The position numbers and the translations under genes are program-made. The notes beneath the pieces are model-generated. The model ran no database searches. It was not told the DNA's origin and saw only the letters and a program-made list of their open reading frames with translations. Positions 48,631 to 57,431 of a stretch of DNA of 64,000 nt are shown here, one piece after another (the first letter of the stretch is position 1; the number at the start of each line of letters is the position of its first letter). Source of the DNA: a virus; IMG/VR virus record IMGVR_UViG_3300044835_000040, positions 1 through 64,000 of that record; one strand, given 5' to 3'.

Positions 48631-48885
48631 ATGCTGTTCGTCCTGGGCCTGATCCTGCTGCTGGTCGCGCTGGTCGCGTTCGCGATCGGGGGGGCGCTCA
48701 TCCTGAGCATCTTCGCGGTCGTGATGACGCTGGTGTCGGCGCTCGCGAAGCTGTTCGAGATCGCGTTCGACGGCATCGGTGCGAACCGCCGCTTCCGCCG
48801 CGTGCGCGAAGTGACCGCCCGCCCGCCGGAGCAGCTGGAGCGCTCGGCGCACGACCCGTCAGCTAGCCGTGCTTGGAGGCGATGA
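48631..48885 (+). CDS. Membrane protein
   Basis: Long hydrophobic N-terminus. Confidence 0.6.
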   Translation: MLFVLGLILLLVALVAFAIGGALILSIFAVVMTLVSALAKLFEIAFDGIGANRRFRRVREVTARPPEQLERSAHDPSASRAWRR

Positions 48886-49286
48886 CGATGTGGTGCATGT
48901 ATCCCGGCAAAGGCTTCTACAGCGCGGTGGAGAGCAAGAAGGACCCGCAGGTTCTGGAAATCAGGGCGCGCGTGCGCGCAGACCTGAACCGGCTGAAGGC
49001 TGACCACATCCCCGATCTGCGGATCATCAAGGGCGGCGGCACCGACTACCAGCTCCGCGGCTTCACGACGCGGCCGAAGTGGGCGAAGGCCGTTGCGGCG
49101 ATGGCGATCGACATCGACTACACGAACTTCAAGGACGCCGTGACCGCCCGGCAGGGCCATCGGCGCCACGACGTGTACATGCGCGTGTGGAGTGCGCTGT
49201 GGGGGCTGGTCGAGCCGAAGCCGCGCAAGCGGCAGCAGCGCTTCACCTACGCCGACGAGGACGAGGCCGCACGCTGGGCGCTTTAG
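48882..49286 (+). CDS. Conserved hypothetical protein
   Basis: MW...GFYS...IRAR..DL...TDY...IDYTNFK family pattern seen in phages and mobile elements. Confidence 0.7.
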   Translation: MTMWCMYPGKGFYSAVESKKDPQVLEIRARVRADLNRLKADHIPDLRIIKGGGTDYQLRGFTTRPKWAKAVAAMAIDIDYTNFKDAVTARQGHRRHDVYMRVWSALWGLVEPKPRKRQQRFTYADEDEAARWAL

Positions 49287-49318
49287 GGCGTCCGGTGTGT
49301 GGGTATCCTCCTGCTGAG

Positions 49319-49594
49319 ATGGCGATCACCACCGAGAGGGCTGCCGAGCTGCGCACCTTCCCCCTGAAAGACCGGTGGTCGCCCGAGGAGTCGCTGGCGC
49401 TGATCGAACACGTCGACGGCACGGACGTGATCGACGGGATCCCGCTGCCGACGTACGTGCAGACCGAGGCCGATCGCGTCCGGTGGGCGAACGCCGTCAG
49501 GGTCGCTTCGCAGATGAGCGAGGAACCCGTCTCCTCTCCGCTGGTGCAGCAGCTCGCGCGCACACTGTTCGAGGACCGGGACACCTACAGCTGA
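49319..49594 (+). CDS. Hypothetical protein
   Basis: TATCCT -10-like box just upstream; plausible ORF. Confidence 0.5.
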   Translation: MAITTERAAELRTFPLKDRWSPEESLALIEHVDGTDVIDGIPLPTYVQTEADRVRWANAVRVASQMSEEPVSSPLVQQLARTLFEDRDTYS

Positions 49595-49595
49595 G

Positions 49596-49901
49596 ATGGC
49601 TGTCGCGCTCCGGCCCGTCGCACCTCTGCCGCCACCGCGGGGGACCGTGCCAGAGCAGCTGAGGGTCGTGCTGGCGCGCTTGCGCGCGGACGGGCTGCTG
49701 TTCGAGCAGGCGTGGATCGAGTCGTGGGACCTGATCGCGTGGCCGCTCTCCCAGCGCGAAACGCTGGAATGGGAGAAGGCGCTCGAAGGCACGAAGGAGA
49801 CGTGGCGCGCGCGGTACGAACGCTGGGATCAGACGCCGGAGGAAAAGGCCGTCGCGGGGCTGGGCGCAGCGCTCGAAGCCGCGCTCGCCGACGCTGCCTG
49901 A
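49596..49901 (+). CDS. Hypothetical protein
   Basis: ORF in line with the operon. Confidence 0.55.
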   Translation: MAVALRPVAPLPPPRGTVPEQLRVVLARLRADGLLFEQAWIESWDLIAWPLSQRETLEWEKALEGTKETWRARYERWDQTPEEKAVAGLGAALEAALADAA

Positions 49902-49965
49902 GCGACCGATGGTCGCGCTCGTGTGATAGACTCTAGGGTGCAACCGATCCTGGAGGTACGACATG
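49901..49965 (+). promoter_or_regulatory. Class-i header variant (palindrome 49901-49917, TAGACT, GCAACCGAT, GGAGGTACGACATG)
   Basis: Read directly. Confidence 0.7.
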
Positions 49966-50178
49966 AAGGGCAGAGCGAAGGCGTGCGACAAGTCCCTGGA
50001 GGCGCTGCTTCGGCAGGCTGAAGGCAAGGGCTGCGCGATCTCTGGCGGCGGGAGCCGTCACTTCAAGATCCTCGTGCCGGGCGCGGGTATCGTGATCACG
50101 CACTCCACCGGCTCGGACAAGCGGGCGCACAAGAACACCGTGGCGCGACTGAAGCGCATGGGCGTGACCGTCGCGTAG
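49963..50178 (+). CDS. HicA-like toxin / mRNA-interferase fold protein
   Basis: GCAISGGGSRHFKI..HSTGSDKRA..LKRMG, 71 aa. Confidence 0.65.
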   Translation: MKGRAKACDKSLEALLRQAEGKGCAISGGGSRHFKILVPGAGIVITHSTGSDKRAHKNTVARLKRMGVTVA

Positions 50179-50181
50179 GGA

Positions 50182-50257
50182 TTGACAGACGCACGATCGG
50201 TGAGCTACCATCGGTCGCACTAAGCAACCGATTCACGAGGAAAGAAGGTGCGAGATG
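50182..50257 (+). promoter_or_regulatory. Class-i header: TTGACA-N18-TACCAT with palindrome variant AGCTACCATCGGTCGCA (50203-50219)
   Basis: Read directly. Confidence 0.72.
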
Positions 50258-51424
50258 AAGGCAGCAAAAGACATCGTGACGCTGGCGCAGGAGCTGAAAG
50301 ACCGCGCGGAGCGCAAGAAGGACCTGATCGTCGACGACAGGCAGATCACCGTCCTCACGACGCCGGGCGAGAAGGCGAACGAGACGGAGGTGCTGCTGCG
50401 CGAGCCCGCCGTCGGTGACGTGCTGGGGCAGACGATCGCGACGCTGGCGCCGCAGCGGATGTTCACGACGCAGCTCGGGCAGCACCTCGGCGTGCGCACG
50501 GACCTGCTCGACCGGCTCCGTGCGGAGCACCCGGTCCAGCACGATCAGCTCGTCAACGGGCTGCTCGACCGGATGCACATCGAGAAGAAGGACAAGCAGA
50601 AGCACATGGTCCGCACTTACGCCGACCCGGATGGCGGCGTCGGTGTCGCTCGCGCGCTGCTCGGCGAGGGCTACCGTCGGATCGACAACGAGGACATCGC
50701 CGAGGCCGCGCTGCCGGTGATCCTGAACGAGATCCCGACGGCTGTGGTCGACACGTGCGAGCTGACCGACACGAAGATGTACATCAAGGTGCTCGTGCCC
50801 GGAATGCAGATCAGCCTGAAGGAACTGGTCGAGCCGGGCCACCACAAGTTCCTCGACCCGAACAGCCCTGACTACGTGCAGGCGGGGTTCGTGCTGAAGA
50901 ACAGCGAGGTGGGCGGCGGTGCGCTCTCGATCGAGCACATGCTGTTCCGGCTGGTCTGCCTGAACGGCCTGATCCGCGGCAAGGCACTCTCGCGTCGTCA
51001 CGTCGGTCGCCGGAACGTCGAGGTGGCCGAGGACTACACGATCTACAGCACCGAGACCGTCGAAGCTGACGACAAGGCGCTGATGATGAAGGTCCAGGAC
51101 GCGGTGCGCCACACGGTCAACGAGGAGAAGTTCCGTGAGATCGCACAGCAGTTCGCGAGCACGGTGGCGACCGTCGAGATCGAGCAGCCGATCGAGCGGA
51201 TGCAGGTGCTGGCCCCGAAGATCGGCCTGACCCTCGGCGAGGGTCAGAGCGTCCTGGAGAAGCTGCTTGCGGGCGGCAACAAGACGCAGTTCGGGCTGAT
51301 CAACGCGATCACCGCCACGGCGCAGACGGTCGAGTCCTACGACCGCAGCGTCGAGCTGGAGGAGATCGGCGCGCAGGTGATGGACCTGAGTGGTGCCGAG
51401 TGGGGGGCGCTGGTCACCGCGTAG
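50255..51424 (+). CDS. DUF932/DUF945-family protein
   Basis: RALLGEGYRRIDN, GFVLKNSEVGGG, RLVCLNG, RRHVG, FGLINAIT. Confidence 0.8.
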   Translation: MKAAKDIVTLAQELKDRAERKKDLIVDDRQITVLTTPGEKANETEVLLREPAVGDVLGQTIATLAPQRMFTTQLGQHLGVRTDLLDRLRAEHPVQHDQLVNGLLDRMHIEKKDKQKHMVRTYADPDGGVGVARALLGEGYRRIDNEDIAEAALPVILNEIPTAVVDTCELTDTKMYIKVLVPGMQISLKELVEPGHHKFLDPNSPDYVQAGFVLKNSEVGGGALSIEHMLFRLVCLNGLIRGKALSRRHVGRRNVEVAEDYTIYSTETVEADDKALMMKVQDAVRHTVNEEKFREIAQQFASTVATVEIEQPIERMQVLAPKIGLTLGEGQSVLEKLLAGGNKTQFGLINAITATAQTVESYDRSVELEEIGAQVMDLSGAEWGALVTA

Positions 51425-51464
51425 CGATGTGCCCTAGTATTCGGGGCGGAACACACGAGGGACC

Positions 51465-51496
51465 GGGGGGCGCTTACGAGCGCCCCTCAGTCTGTT
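51465..51496 (+). terminator. Stem-loop terminator closing the island
   Basis: GGGGGGCGCT-TACG-AGCGCCCCTC. Confidence 0.6.
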
Positions 51497-51521
51497 AGGA
51501 GCGCGGCTTTACCATCGGGCT

Positions 51522-53372
51522 GTGCCGAGCACCATCCGTGCAGTCCGTCGCCAAGTCCGCGAGGCCGTCGCAAGCGGCAGTCCTCGTTCGGCGCGGACCC
51601 TGAAGCACGAACTGCCGGGCGGCGAAGTCGCCGAGCGGTACACGAGCCGCGACTACACGCACGTGACGACCAGCACCGGGCATTCCTCGGAGCCGCTGGC
51701 CGGTCACGGCAAACGGAGGGTCGTCGGCTGGCACACCTCACACGCGGCTGCGTCTCACCGTGGCCGTCAGATGGAGCGCGGCGGCTGGCTTGGCGTTCTC
51801 GTCGAGCCGGTCTGTCCGCCGCCGGGCGCGCCGCCAGCGCCGAAAGATCCTGAAGCGCCCGCGGGGACGACCCCGCCGACCGCGCCCGCCGCGGGACCCG
51901 TCACCGAGAACCAGGAGGTTGCCGTGCAGTCGACCAGTGAGATCGCAGCTGAGATCGCCTTGCGCGCGCTGGGCGGCGACGAGGCGTTCGAGCCGGTCGA
52001 GGAGGCCGGGTTCGAGGAGTCGCTTCATCCGCGGGACCGGACGGGCAAGTTCGGGATCAGCGGCCTGAAACCCGGCCACGTCGTGCAGTTCTCGCACAAG
52101 TCGCCGCGCGGGTTCCTGCAGGGCCGCATCACGGGCAAGGGCAAAGATCACGTCACGGTCAAGCTGACCGATCCAGGGACCAATCAGAACGAGATGCGCG
52201 TACACCACATGCGTCTCCGTTCGGTGCTCGTGCCCGGCGCTGGCACCGGCAAAGCGGGCACGCCGCAGGCCGACAAGTACATCCCGATCGCCGGGGTGCC
52301 GTACTCGGAACCGGGCCTGCCGAAGGGCGCGCCACGCGGCAGCACGATCGTGTCGAAGTCGACGAGCCCTGCTGCCGTCGCGGCTCGTGCGGCTGCCGCC
52401 CGGAAGGGCGCGAAACTGCCATCGCCCGCGCAGCGCAAGCAGAATGAGCTGGGCGCAATCATTGACGCGCACCAGCACAAAGGCCCCGGCGGCGACGCCG
52501 CTATGCCTTCGACGGTGCGCGATGCGCTGACGGGAATCAAGCCGGGGGAGACGAAGACCGTCGCCGGGGCGAAGGTCACGAAGCACCCGACGAAGGGGAC
52601 GTACTCGGTCGAGGGGGATCACAACCTCGCCTCGCCGTGGGTCGCGATGCAGTCGATCAAGGAACACCGTGTCGAACGGGCCGAGAAGGGCGCGGGCAAA
52701 GGACCGCTCCACGAGACGTACAGCTTCGGTGGCGTTCAGACGAAGCTCGGCGACATCATCGGGACGCTGCAGAAAGAAGGCCATTCGCAGCAGCACATCG
52801 ACCGTTACGTGCAGGGACTGAAAGCCGGGCGGCAGGTCAAAGAGGCGGTCGAGCAGGCCGTCGGCGACGTGCTGGAGGCTGGCTCGCTGGCGAAGGCGTC
52901 GTCGCCGGAGCCGTTCTCCACGTCGAAAACGTCGAACTGGGTCGCGCGGGCGGGCGGCCTGCCGCCGTACGTGCAGCACATCGCTCACGACCTGATGGAG
53001 GACAAGGATCACCCGCGCACGGAGAGCGAGGCGATCCGGCTGGCGCTCGGCATCGTCAAATCGCCGCCGAAGAACTGGAAAGCCGAAGCGCGCGCCGCTG
53101 CCAAGAAGGCGGTCGCTGAATGGGAGGCTAAAAAGGGCGCGTCGAAGGTGAAGGAGGCTGCCGGGGAGGAGATCACGGAGGCCGACTACGAGGTCGCCGC
53201 CGCGGTGCCGATCGAGGAGGCCGAAGACGCCAAGGCCAAGGCATTCTGCGTCGCGGATCGCGCCAAGGTGACGCCGACGGACAAGGGTCGCTGTCCGAAA
53301 TGCGGGCGCAAGCTCGGCAAGGCCGTCTCGGAGGCTGTGGTCGAGGCGGTGCGGGAGAGCATGTCGGCGTGA
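51522..53372 (+). CDS. Head-associated multidomain protein with HPR tag
   Basis: FEESLHPRDRTGKF; NWVARAGGLPPYVQHIA..EWEAKK actinophage head-region module; class-ii promoter at 51496-51515. Confidence 0.7.
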   Translation: MPSTIRAVRRQVREAVASGSPRSARTLKHELPGGEVAERYTSRDYTHVTTSTGHSSEPLAGHGKRRVVGWHTSHAAASHRGRQMERGGWLGVLVEPVCPPPGAPPAPKDPEAPAGTTPPTAPAAGPVTENQEVAVQSTSEIAAEIALRALGGDEAFEPVEEAGFEESLHPRDRTGKFGISGLKPGHVVQFSHKSPRGFLQGRITGKGKDHVTVKLTDPGTNQNEMRVHHMRLRSVLVPGAGTGKAGTPQADKYIPIAGVPYSEPGLPKGAPRGSTIVSKSTSPAAVAARAAAARKGAKLPSPAQRKQNELGAIIDAHQHKGPGGDAAMPSTVRDALTGIKPGETKTVAGAKVTKHPTKGTYSVEGDHNLASPWVAMQSIKEHRVERAEKGAGKGPLHETYSFGGVQTKLGDIIGTLQKEGHSQQHIDRYVQGLKAGRQVKEAVEQAVGDVLEAGSLAKASSPEPFSTSKTSNWVARAGGLPPYVQHIAHDLMEDKDHPRTESEAIRLALGIVKSPPKNWKAEARAAAKKAVAEWEAKKGASKVKEAAGEEITEADYEVAAAVPIEEAEDAKAKAFCVADRAKVTPTDKGRCPKCGRKLGKAVSEAVVEAVRESMSA

Positions 53373-54397
53373 GCGCGCGGGAGATCGCCGAGGCCGCGAC
53401 TCTGCGGATCCTGGAGCTGAGCGCGGACCAGATCCGCGCGAACGCTGTGCGGACGGTCGTCTCGGGCGCGCCGCCGCCGCAGCTGAAACAGCGGGGCCGG
53501 ACGGGCGCCGCGGCGTTTCAGCCGGGGAAGCACGCGCGTGGGCCGGGCGGCAAATTCGCGTTCGAGGGCGGCCGCGGTGCGCACGCGGCGAAGACCCCGA
53601 AGTCGCCGCAGGAAATCAAGCAGTTCCAGAAGGAATACGCGTTGCCGCAGACCGGCAAGATGGACGCCGCGACGCGGGCGACGGTCGCCTCCCCGCCGCC
53701 GCAGTCGGTGGGGCAGCTGGCGAAGTCCGAAGCGGCGAAGAAGGCGAAGGCGGAAGCCACGAAGCGCCAGGAATCGCGGGCGAAAACGAACGCCAAGCGC
53801 AAGGAAGAAGGCAAGCCGCCGGTCGGCACGAAAGCGACGGGCGCCAGCTCGCGCAGCGCCAGCGGCACCTCGACGGGCGGCACCGGCACGGGGTCGAGTC
53901 GCAGCACCTCTCGCTCGGGCAGCTCGCGTAGCTCGTCGTCGAGCGCGGCTGCCCGCACGGAAGCTGCGGCTGAAGCGGCCGAACGCAAGGGCGCGACCGC
54001 GCGGCACGCCATCGGCAAGGCGATGTCGGGGATCTCCTGGACGGGGAGGCTGAACGTCAACGAAAACCTGCAGGTAGGCAAGGGCATGGAAAAGGGCCAG
54101 CCGCCGTCACCGGCCGTCGGCCTGCTGCAAGCCAAGCTGGTCAACCTCGGCTTCAATGTCGGCTCGACGGGCGTGGACGGGAAGTTCGGTCCGGCGACGC
54201 AGATGGCGATCAAGATCCTGCAGCGCGAATACGGGATCAAGCCGACGGGTATCGTCGAATCGGCCACGCTGCAGCTGCTGGAAACGCTGACCGAACGCGC
54301 GCAGAAGTGGCAGAAGCACGGCATCATCGCCGCGGCGATCGTGCCCGGTGAGACCTTCGCGGCGCAGACGCGTCGTGTGCTCGCCGTGCTCAGCTGA
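53369..54397 (+). CDS. Peptidoglycan-binding-domain protein (two PG_binding_1-like units)
   Basis: IKQFQKEYALPQTGKMD and LQAKLVNLGF..DGKFGPATQMAIK.LQ..GIKPTGIV. Confidence 0.8.
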   Translation: MSAREIAEAATLRILELSADQIRANAVRTVVSGAPPPQLKQRGRTGAAAFQPGKHARGPGGKFAFEGGRGAHAAKTPKSPQEIKQFQKEYALPQTGKMDAATRATVASPPPQSVGQLAKSEAAKKAKAEATKRQESRAKTNAKRKEEGKPPVGTKATGASSRSASGTSTGGTGTGSSRSTSRSGSSRSSSSSAAARTEAAAEAAERKGATARHAIGKAMSGISWTGRLNVNENLQVGKGMEKGQPPSPAVGLLQAKLVNLGFNVGSTGVDGKFGPATQMAIKILQREYGIKPTGIVESATLQLLETLTERAQKWQKHGIIAAAIVPGETFAAQTRRVLAVLS

Positions 54398-54441
54398 GAG
54401 CCCATTCGTGCGTTTAGGAAATCGCCGTTAGCTTTCGGTCC

Positions 54442-55791
54442 ATGCCAACTGACCGCGAGCAGCGCACCATTCAGGAGACGGACGGTTCGGTCCTCACCGT
54501 CGAGGAGTCGGCCGGGAAGAAAACGCAGGACGGCACCGTCCTCGTGCACCTGATGCGCCCGTGCCTCGGCAAAGGCCGCGGCCGTCACATCTACGAGGCG
54601 CAGATGCTGGAGCGGGAGACCAACGCTGGCCGCTTCAAGAACTGGCCGATGTACGTCGACCACCGGTCGCCGGAGGCGGCGCGCAAGGCTCAGGGCCTGC
54701 CGCGTTCGCTGCGCGATCTCGGTGGGCGCGTCGTCGAGGCGTGGTGGGACCCGCAGGTCCCCGCGGACAAGGAGGCCGGGTTCGGCGCGGGCGCGGTCGT
54801 CGCCGAGGCCAAGCCGGTGCCGTGGGTCAAAGAGCTGATCGACCACGACCCGCAGCTGGTCAATGTCTCGCTGAACACCTTCGCGACGGGCGTCGTCCCG
54901 CGCACGATGGGCGGGCGCCCGGCCTACGTGGTCGAGGGCTTCGCCGATGAGGGCAGTGCCGACTGGGTGACGAAGCCCGGTGCAGGTGGCCGTGTCGTAG
55001 AGCTGCTGGAGGCCGCGATGGACGCGGCCGACGCCGAGGACGAGCCGGTGCTGGAGACCGTCTCCGACGAGGATCTTGCAGACCACATCCGTCGCCACCG
55101 GCCAGAGCTGGCCGAGGCACTGACAACCCCGACGCCGGGAAGCGGCGAGGAGGACATCATGGAGACCGAGCAGATCCAGGAGGCCACGCTGGAGGTCCTG
55201 CAGTCGGACGCCGGTAAGGCCGCCATCACCGCTGTCGTGTCGGAGGCTGCGACCGACGCTGTGTCGGAGGCCCTGAAGAACGTCCTCCCGGAGGCGATCG
55301 GCGCTGCCGCCGCCACGATCGAGGAGGGCGCTCGCGTGGCCGCCAACCAGGAGGTCCGTCGTGGCCGCCTGACCGAGCAGGCCCGCAAGGAGATCGCCGA
55401 GGCGAAGCTGCCCGAGAAGTTCGAGGCCGCTTCGGTCAAGCGCGTCACCGAGGCCATCGCCTCGATCGACGACAAGCGCGACCCCGAGGACGAGAGCAAG
55501 GTCACCGAGTCGGCCGAGGATCAGGTCAAGGCCCTCGTCGAGACCGAGATCAAGGATCAGAAGGACCTGATCGGGTCTGTCGCTCCGACGCGCGTCTCGA
55601 ACCCCGGCGGCGGCTCCGACGACACCGTGACCGAGGAGGACGGCGAGGTTTCGCCGTACCTGGACTCGGTGATGGAGACCGCGGGCGTCGACATGGAGGC
55701 CGCCTACGGCGTCAAGAAGGTCGACGCGGCGAAGCCCGCCGAGAAGGACAAGGGCGACGCAGAGGCCGACAAGGAGACGGCCGCGGCCTAG
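54442..55791 (+). CDS. Prohead maturation protease fused to scaffold
   Basis: MYVDH..RSLRDLGG..VSLN..SADWVTKPGAGG protease motifs; acidic helical C-terminal half; directly upstream of the capsid genes. Confidence 0.85.
   Translation: MPTDREQRTIQETDGSVLTVEESAGKKTQDGTVLVHLMRPCLGKGRGRHIYEAQMLERETNAGRFKNWPMYVDHRSPEAARKAQGLPRSLRDLGGRVVEAWWDPQVPADKEAGFGAGAVVAEAKPVPWVKELIDHDPQLVNVSLNTFATGVVPRTMGGRPAYVVEGFADEGSADWVTKPGAGGRVVELLEAAMDAADAEDEPVLETVSDEDLADHIRRHRPELAEALTTPTPGSGEEDIMETEQIQEATLEVLQSDAGKAAITAVVSEAATDAVSEALKNVLPEAIGAAAATIEEGARVAANQEVRRGRLTEQARKEIAEAKLPEKFEAASVKRVTEAIASIDDKRDPEDESKVTESAEDQVKALVETEIKDQKDLIGSVAPTRVSNPGGGSDDTVTEEDGEVSPYLDSVMETAGVDMEAAYGVKKVDAAKPAEKDKGDAEADKETAAA
55159..55791 (+). 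CDS. Nested in-frame scaffold protein (internal start)
   Basis: GAGGAGGACATCATG RBS and ATG in frame inside the protease gene, as in lambda C/Nu3 and Mu I/Z. Confidence 0.6.
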   Translation: METEQIQEATLEVLQSDAGKAAITAVVSEAATDAVSEALKNVLPEAIGAAAATIEEGARVAANQEVRRGRLTEQARKEIAEAKLPEKFEAASVKRVTEAIASIDDKRDPEDESKVTESAEDQVKALVETEIKDQKDLIGSVAPTRVSNPGGGSDDTVTEEDGEVSPYLDSVMETAGVDMEAAYGVKKVDAAKPAEKDKGDAEADKETAAA

Positions 55792-55839
55792 CGCCGGGGC
55801 GTCACGACCAGGACATCCTGAGAGGAGACACAGAGCACC

Positions 55840-56232
55840 ATGACCGTCATCCGCCCCGGCCGCGGCGTCCACATCATCGCCAACAAGGCCATCGAACACG
55901 CGAAGCCTCACTACCAGGGGGGGCTGATCGGCATCGCTCAGAAGCAGGACGAGCCGAACCAGTTCGCCTCTCTCGCCGAACGCCAGAAAATCGCGTCCGG
56001 CGTCAAGTACTTCCTTCTGACGAAGGGTGAGACGGAGGTGGTGGCGCTCGGCGGCGCGACCCTCGGCCAGCCGGTCTTCATCAACATGGCGACCGACGCT
56101 CTCACCCTGACGCAGGGCACCGCGGAAACGCAGCCGTTCGGCCGCGTGACCGCCCTGCCAAGCACTTTCGGTCTGCCTGCGACGCTGATGCGCGTCGACA
56201 TGGACCTGAAAGACGACGTGACGGTCAAATAG
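55840..56232 (+). CDS. Capsid cement/decoration protein (DUF2190-like)
   Basis: 130 aa between protease and MCP; LIGIA..GQPVFI..LT..PFGRV pattern. Confidence 0.7.
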   Translation: MTVIRPGRGVHIIANKAIEHAKPHYQGGLIGIAQKQDEPNQFASLAERQKIASGVKYFLLTKGETEVVALGGATLGQPVFINMATDALTLTQGTAETQPFGRVTALPSTFGLPATLMRVDMDLKDDVTVK

Positions 56233-56291
56233 GCCGCGACGAACCCAACTCACGACCAACTCGACACGAGACACACAGAGGAGATACCGGA

Positions 56292-57380
56292 ATGACCGCA
56301 ACAGCAAGAGGCAGCCGGTACGGCCGTTGGGGTCGTTCGCTGCAGATCTTCGAGGCGTTCTCCGAATGGGGCAACGACCCGCGGGTCCAGGCCGCCGTTC
56401 AGGAGACGGAGACGCGAGCCGACTTCGCCGAATTCCTGATGGGCGCGATCCGTCAGACGATGCTCAAAGGCTACCTGTACGCGGCCCCGCAGTGGGACAA
56501 ATACATGGGGGTCGAGAGCGCGATCGACTTCCGCGAACACCGCAGCAAGGGTCTCGCGGGGATGTCTGGCATCCACCACGTCGGGGAGCTGGGCGAGTAC
56601 AAGGACATGCGGCGCGCCCGCAGGCCGGTCGCGGCATACGCCGTGGACACCTACGGCGCCACGTACTCGATCTCGCGGCACCTGATCATCAACGACGACA
56701 TGCGTCAGATCATGTCGACGACGCCTGAAGAGATGGGCAAGGCGATGGGCCGCTTCCTCGCGCGGACCGCTGTCGCTCTGATCGAAGGCAACCCGACTGC
56801 GCCTGACGGCAAACCCGTCTACAGCGTGGAACGCGGCAACGAAACGACGGAAGCCCTCTCGGAGGAATCTCTCGCGCTGATGTTCTCGGCGATGGAGAAC
56901 CAGTTCGACGAGAACGGCGACCAGATCACGCTGACGCCGCAGCTGCTGGCGGTCAAGAGCCTCACGCTGCAGCTGATCGCCAAGCGGATCGTCCGGTCGC
57001 AGGAGACCGGCACGAACATCACGTACACGGGCGGCACTGCCGGAGTCGGAACGACGCGGTTCGACAAGGGCAACGCCAACCCGCTCGCTGGGCTGCTGGA
57101 CGAGAACGAAGGCGTCATCCGGGACCCGTACTTCCAGGACCCGAACGACTACTACCTGTTCGCCAGCGCGGCCGATACTCCTGCGTTCATCATGGCGTTC
57201 CTCCAGGGCAACCGCGACCCGTTTCTCGGGATGCGCAACCCGGAGGCTCGCTCGGCGCTGCCGGGTGGCACGGACGACCCGTACTCGTTCGAGATCGACA
57301 CGATCGACTTCAAGATCCGGCACGACTTCGGCGCGGCTGTCGTCGAACCTCGCGCAACGGCTCGCGGCAAGGTGCCGTGA
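56292..57380 (+). CDS. Major capsid protein (Mu gpT-like)
   Basis: DFRE..VGELGEYK..YAVDTYG..ISRHLIINDD; C-terminal FKIRHDFG. Confidence 0.9.
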   Translation: MTATARGSRYGRWGRSLQIFEAFSEWGNDPRVQAAVQETETRADFAEFLMGAIRQTMLKGYLYAAPQWDKYMGVESAIDFREHRSKGLAGMSGIHHVGELGEYKDMRRARRPVAAYAVDTYGATYSISRHLIINDDMRQIMSTTPEEMGKAMGRFLARTAVALIEGNPTAPDGKPVYSVERGNETTEALSEESLALMFSAMENQFDENGDQITLTPQLLAVKSLTLQLIAKRIVRSQETGTNITYTGGTAGVGTTRFDKGNANPLAGLLDENEGVIRDPYFQDPNDYYLFASAADTPAFIMAFLQGNRDPFLGMRNPEARSALPGGTDDPYSFEIDTIDFKIRHDFGAAVVEPRATARGKVP

Positions 57381-57431
57381 GCCGAGACCCCCGGCAACCA
57401 CTACTTCAGGTCACGAGAGGAGCACACACAC

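Noticed and set aside
1831-50219. 17-bp palindromes as terminators, integron attC sites or IS ends
   Set aside because: They sit in or next to -35/-10 promoter boxes, have no U-tract, and no integrase or transposase is present; an operator fits better.
22942-56307. Very long minus-strand ORFs (22942-24798, 28254-31688, 38619-41357, 53518-56307 and others)
   Set aside because: They are antisense shadows of well-supported + strand genes in high-GC DNA, with Arg/Leu/Val-rich motif-less translations and no RBS.
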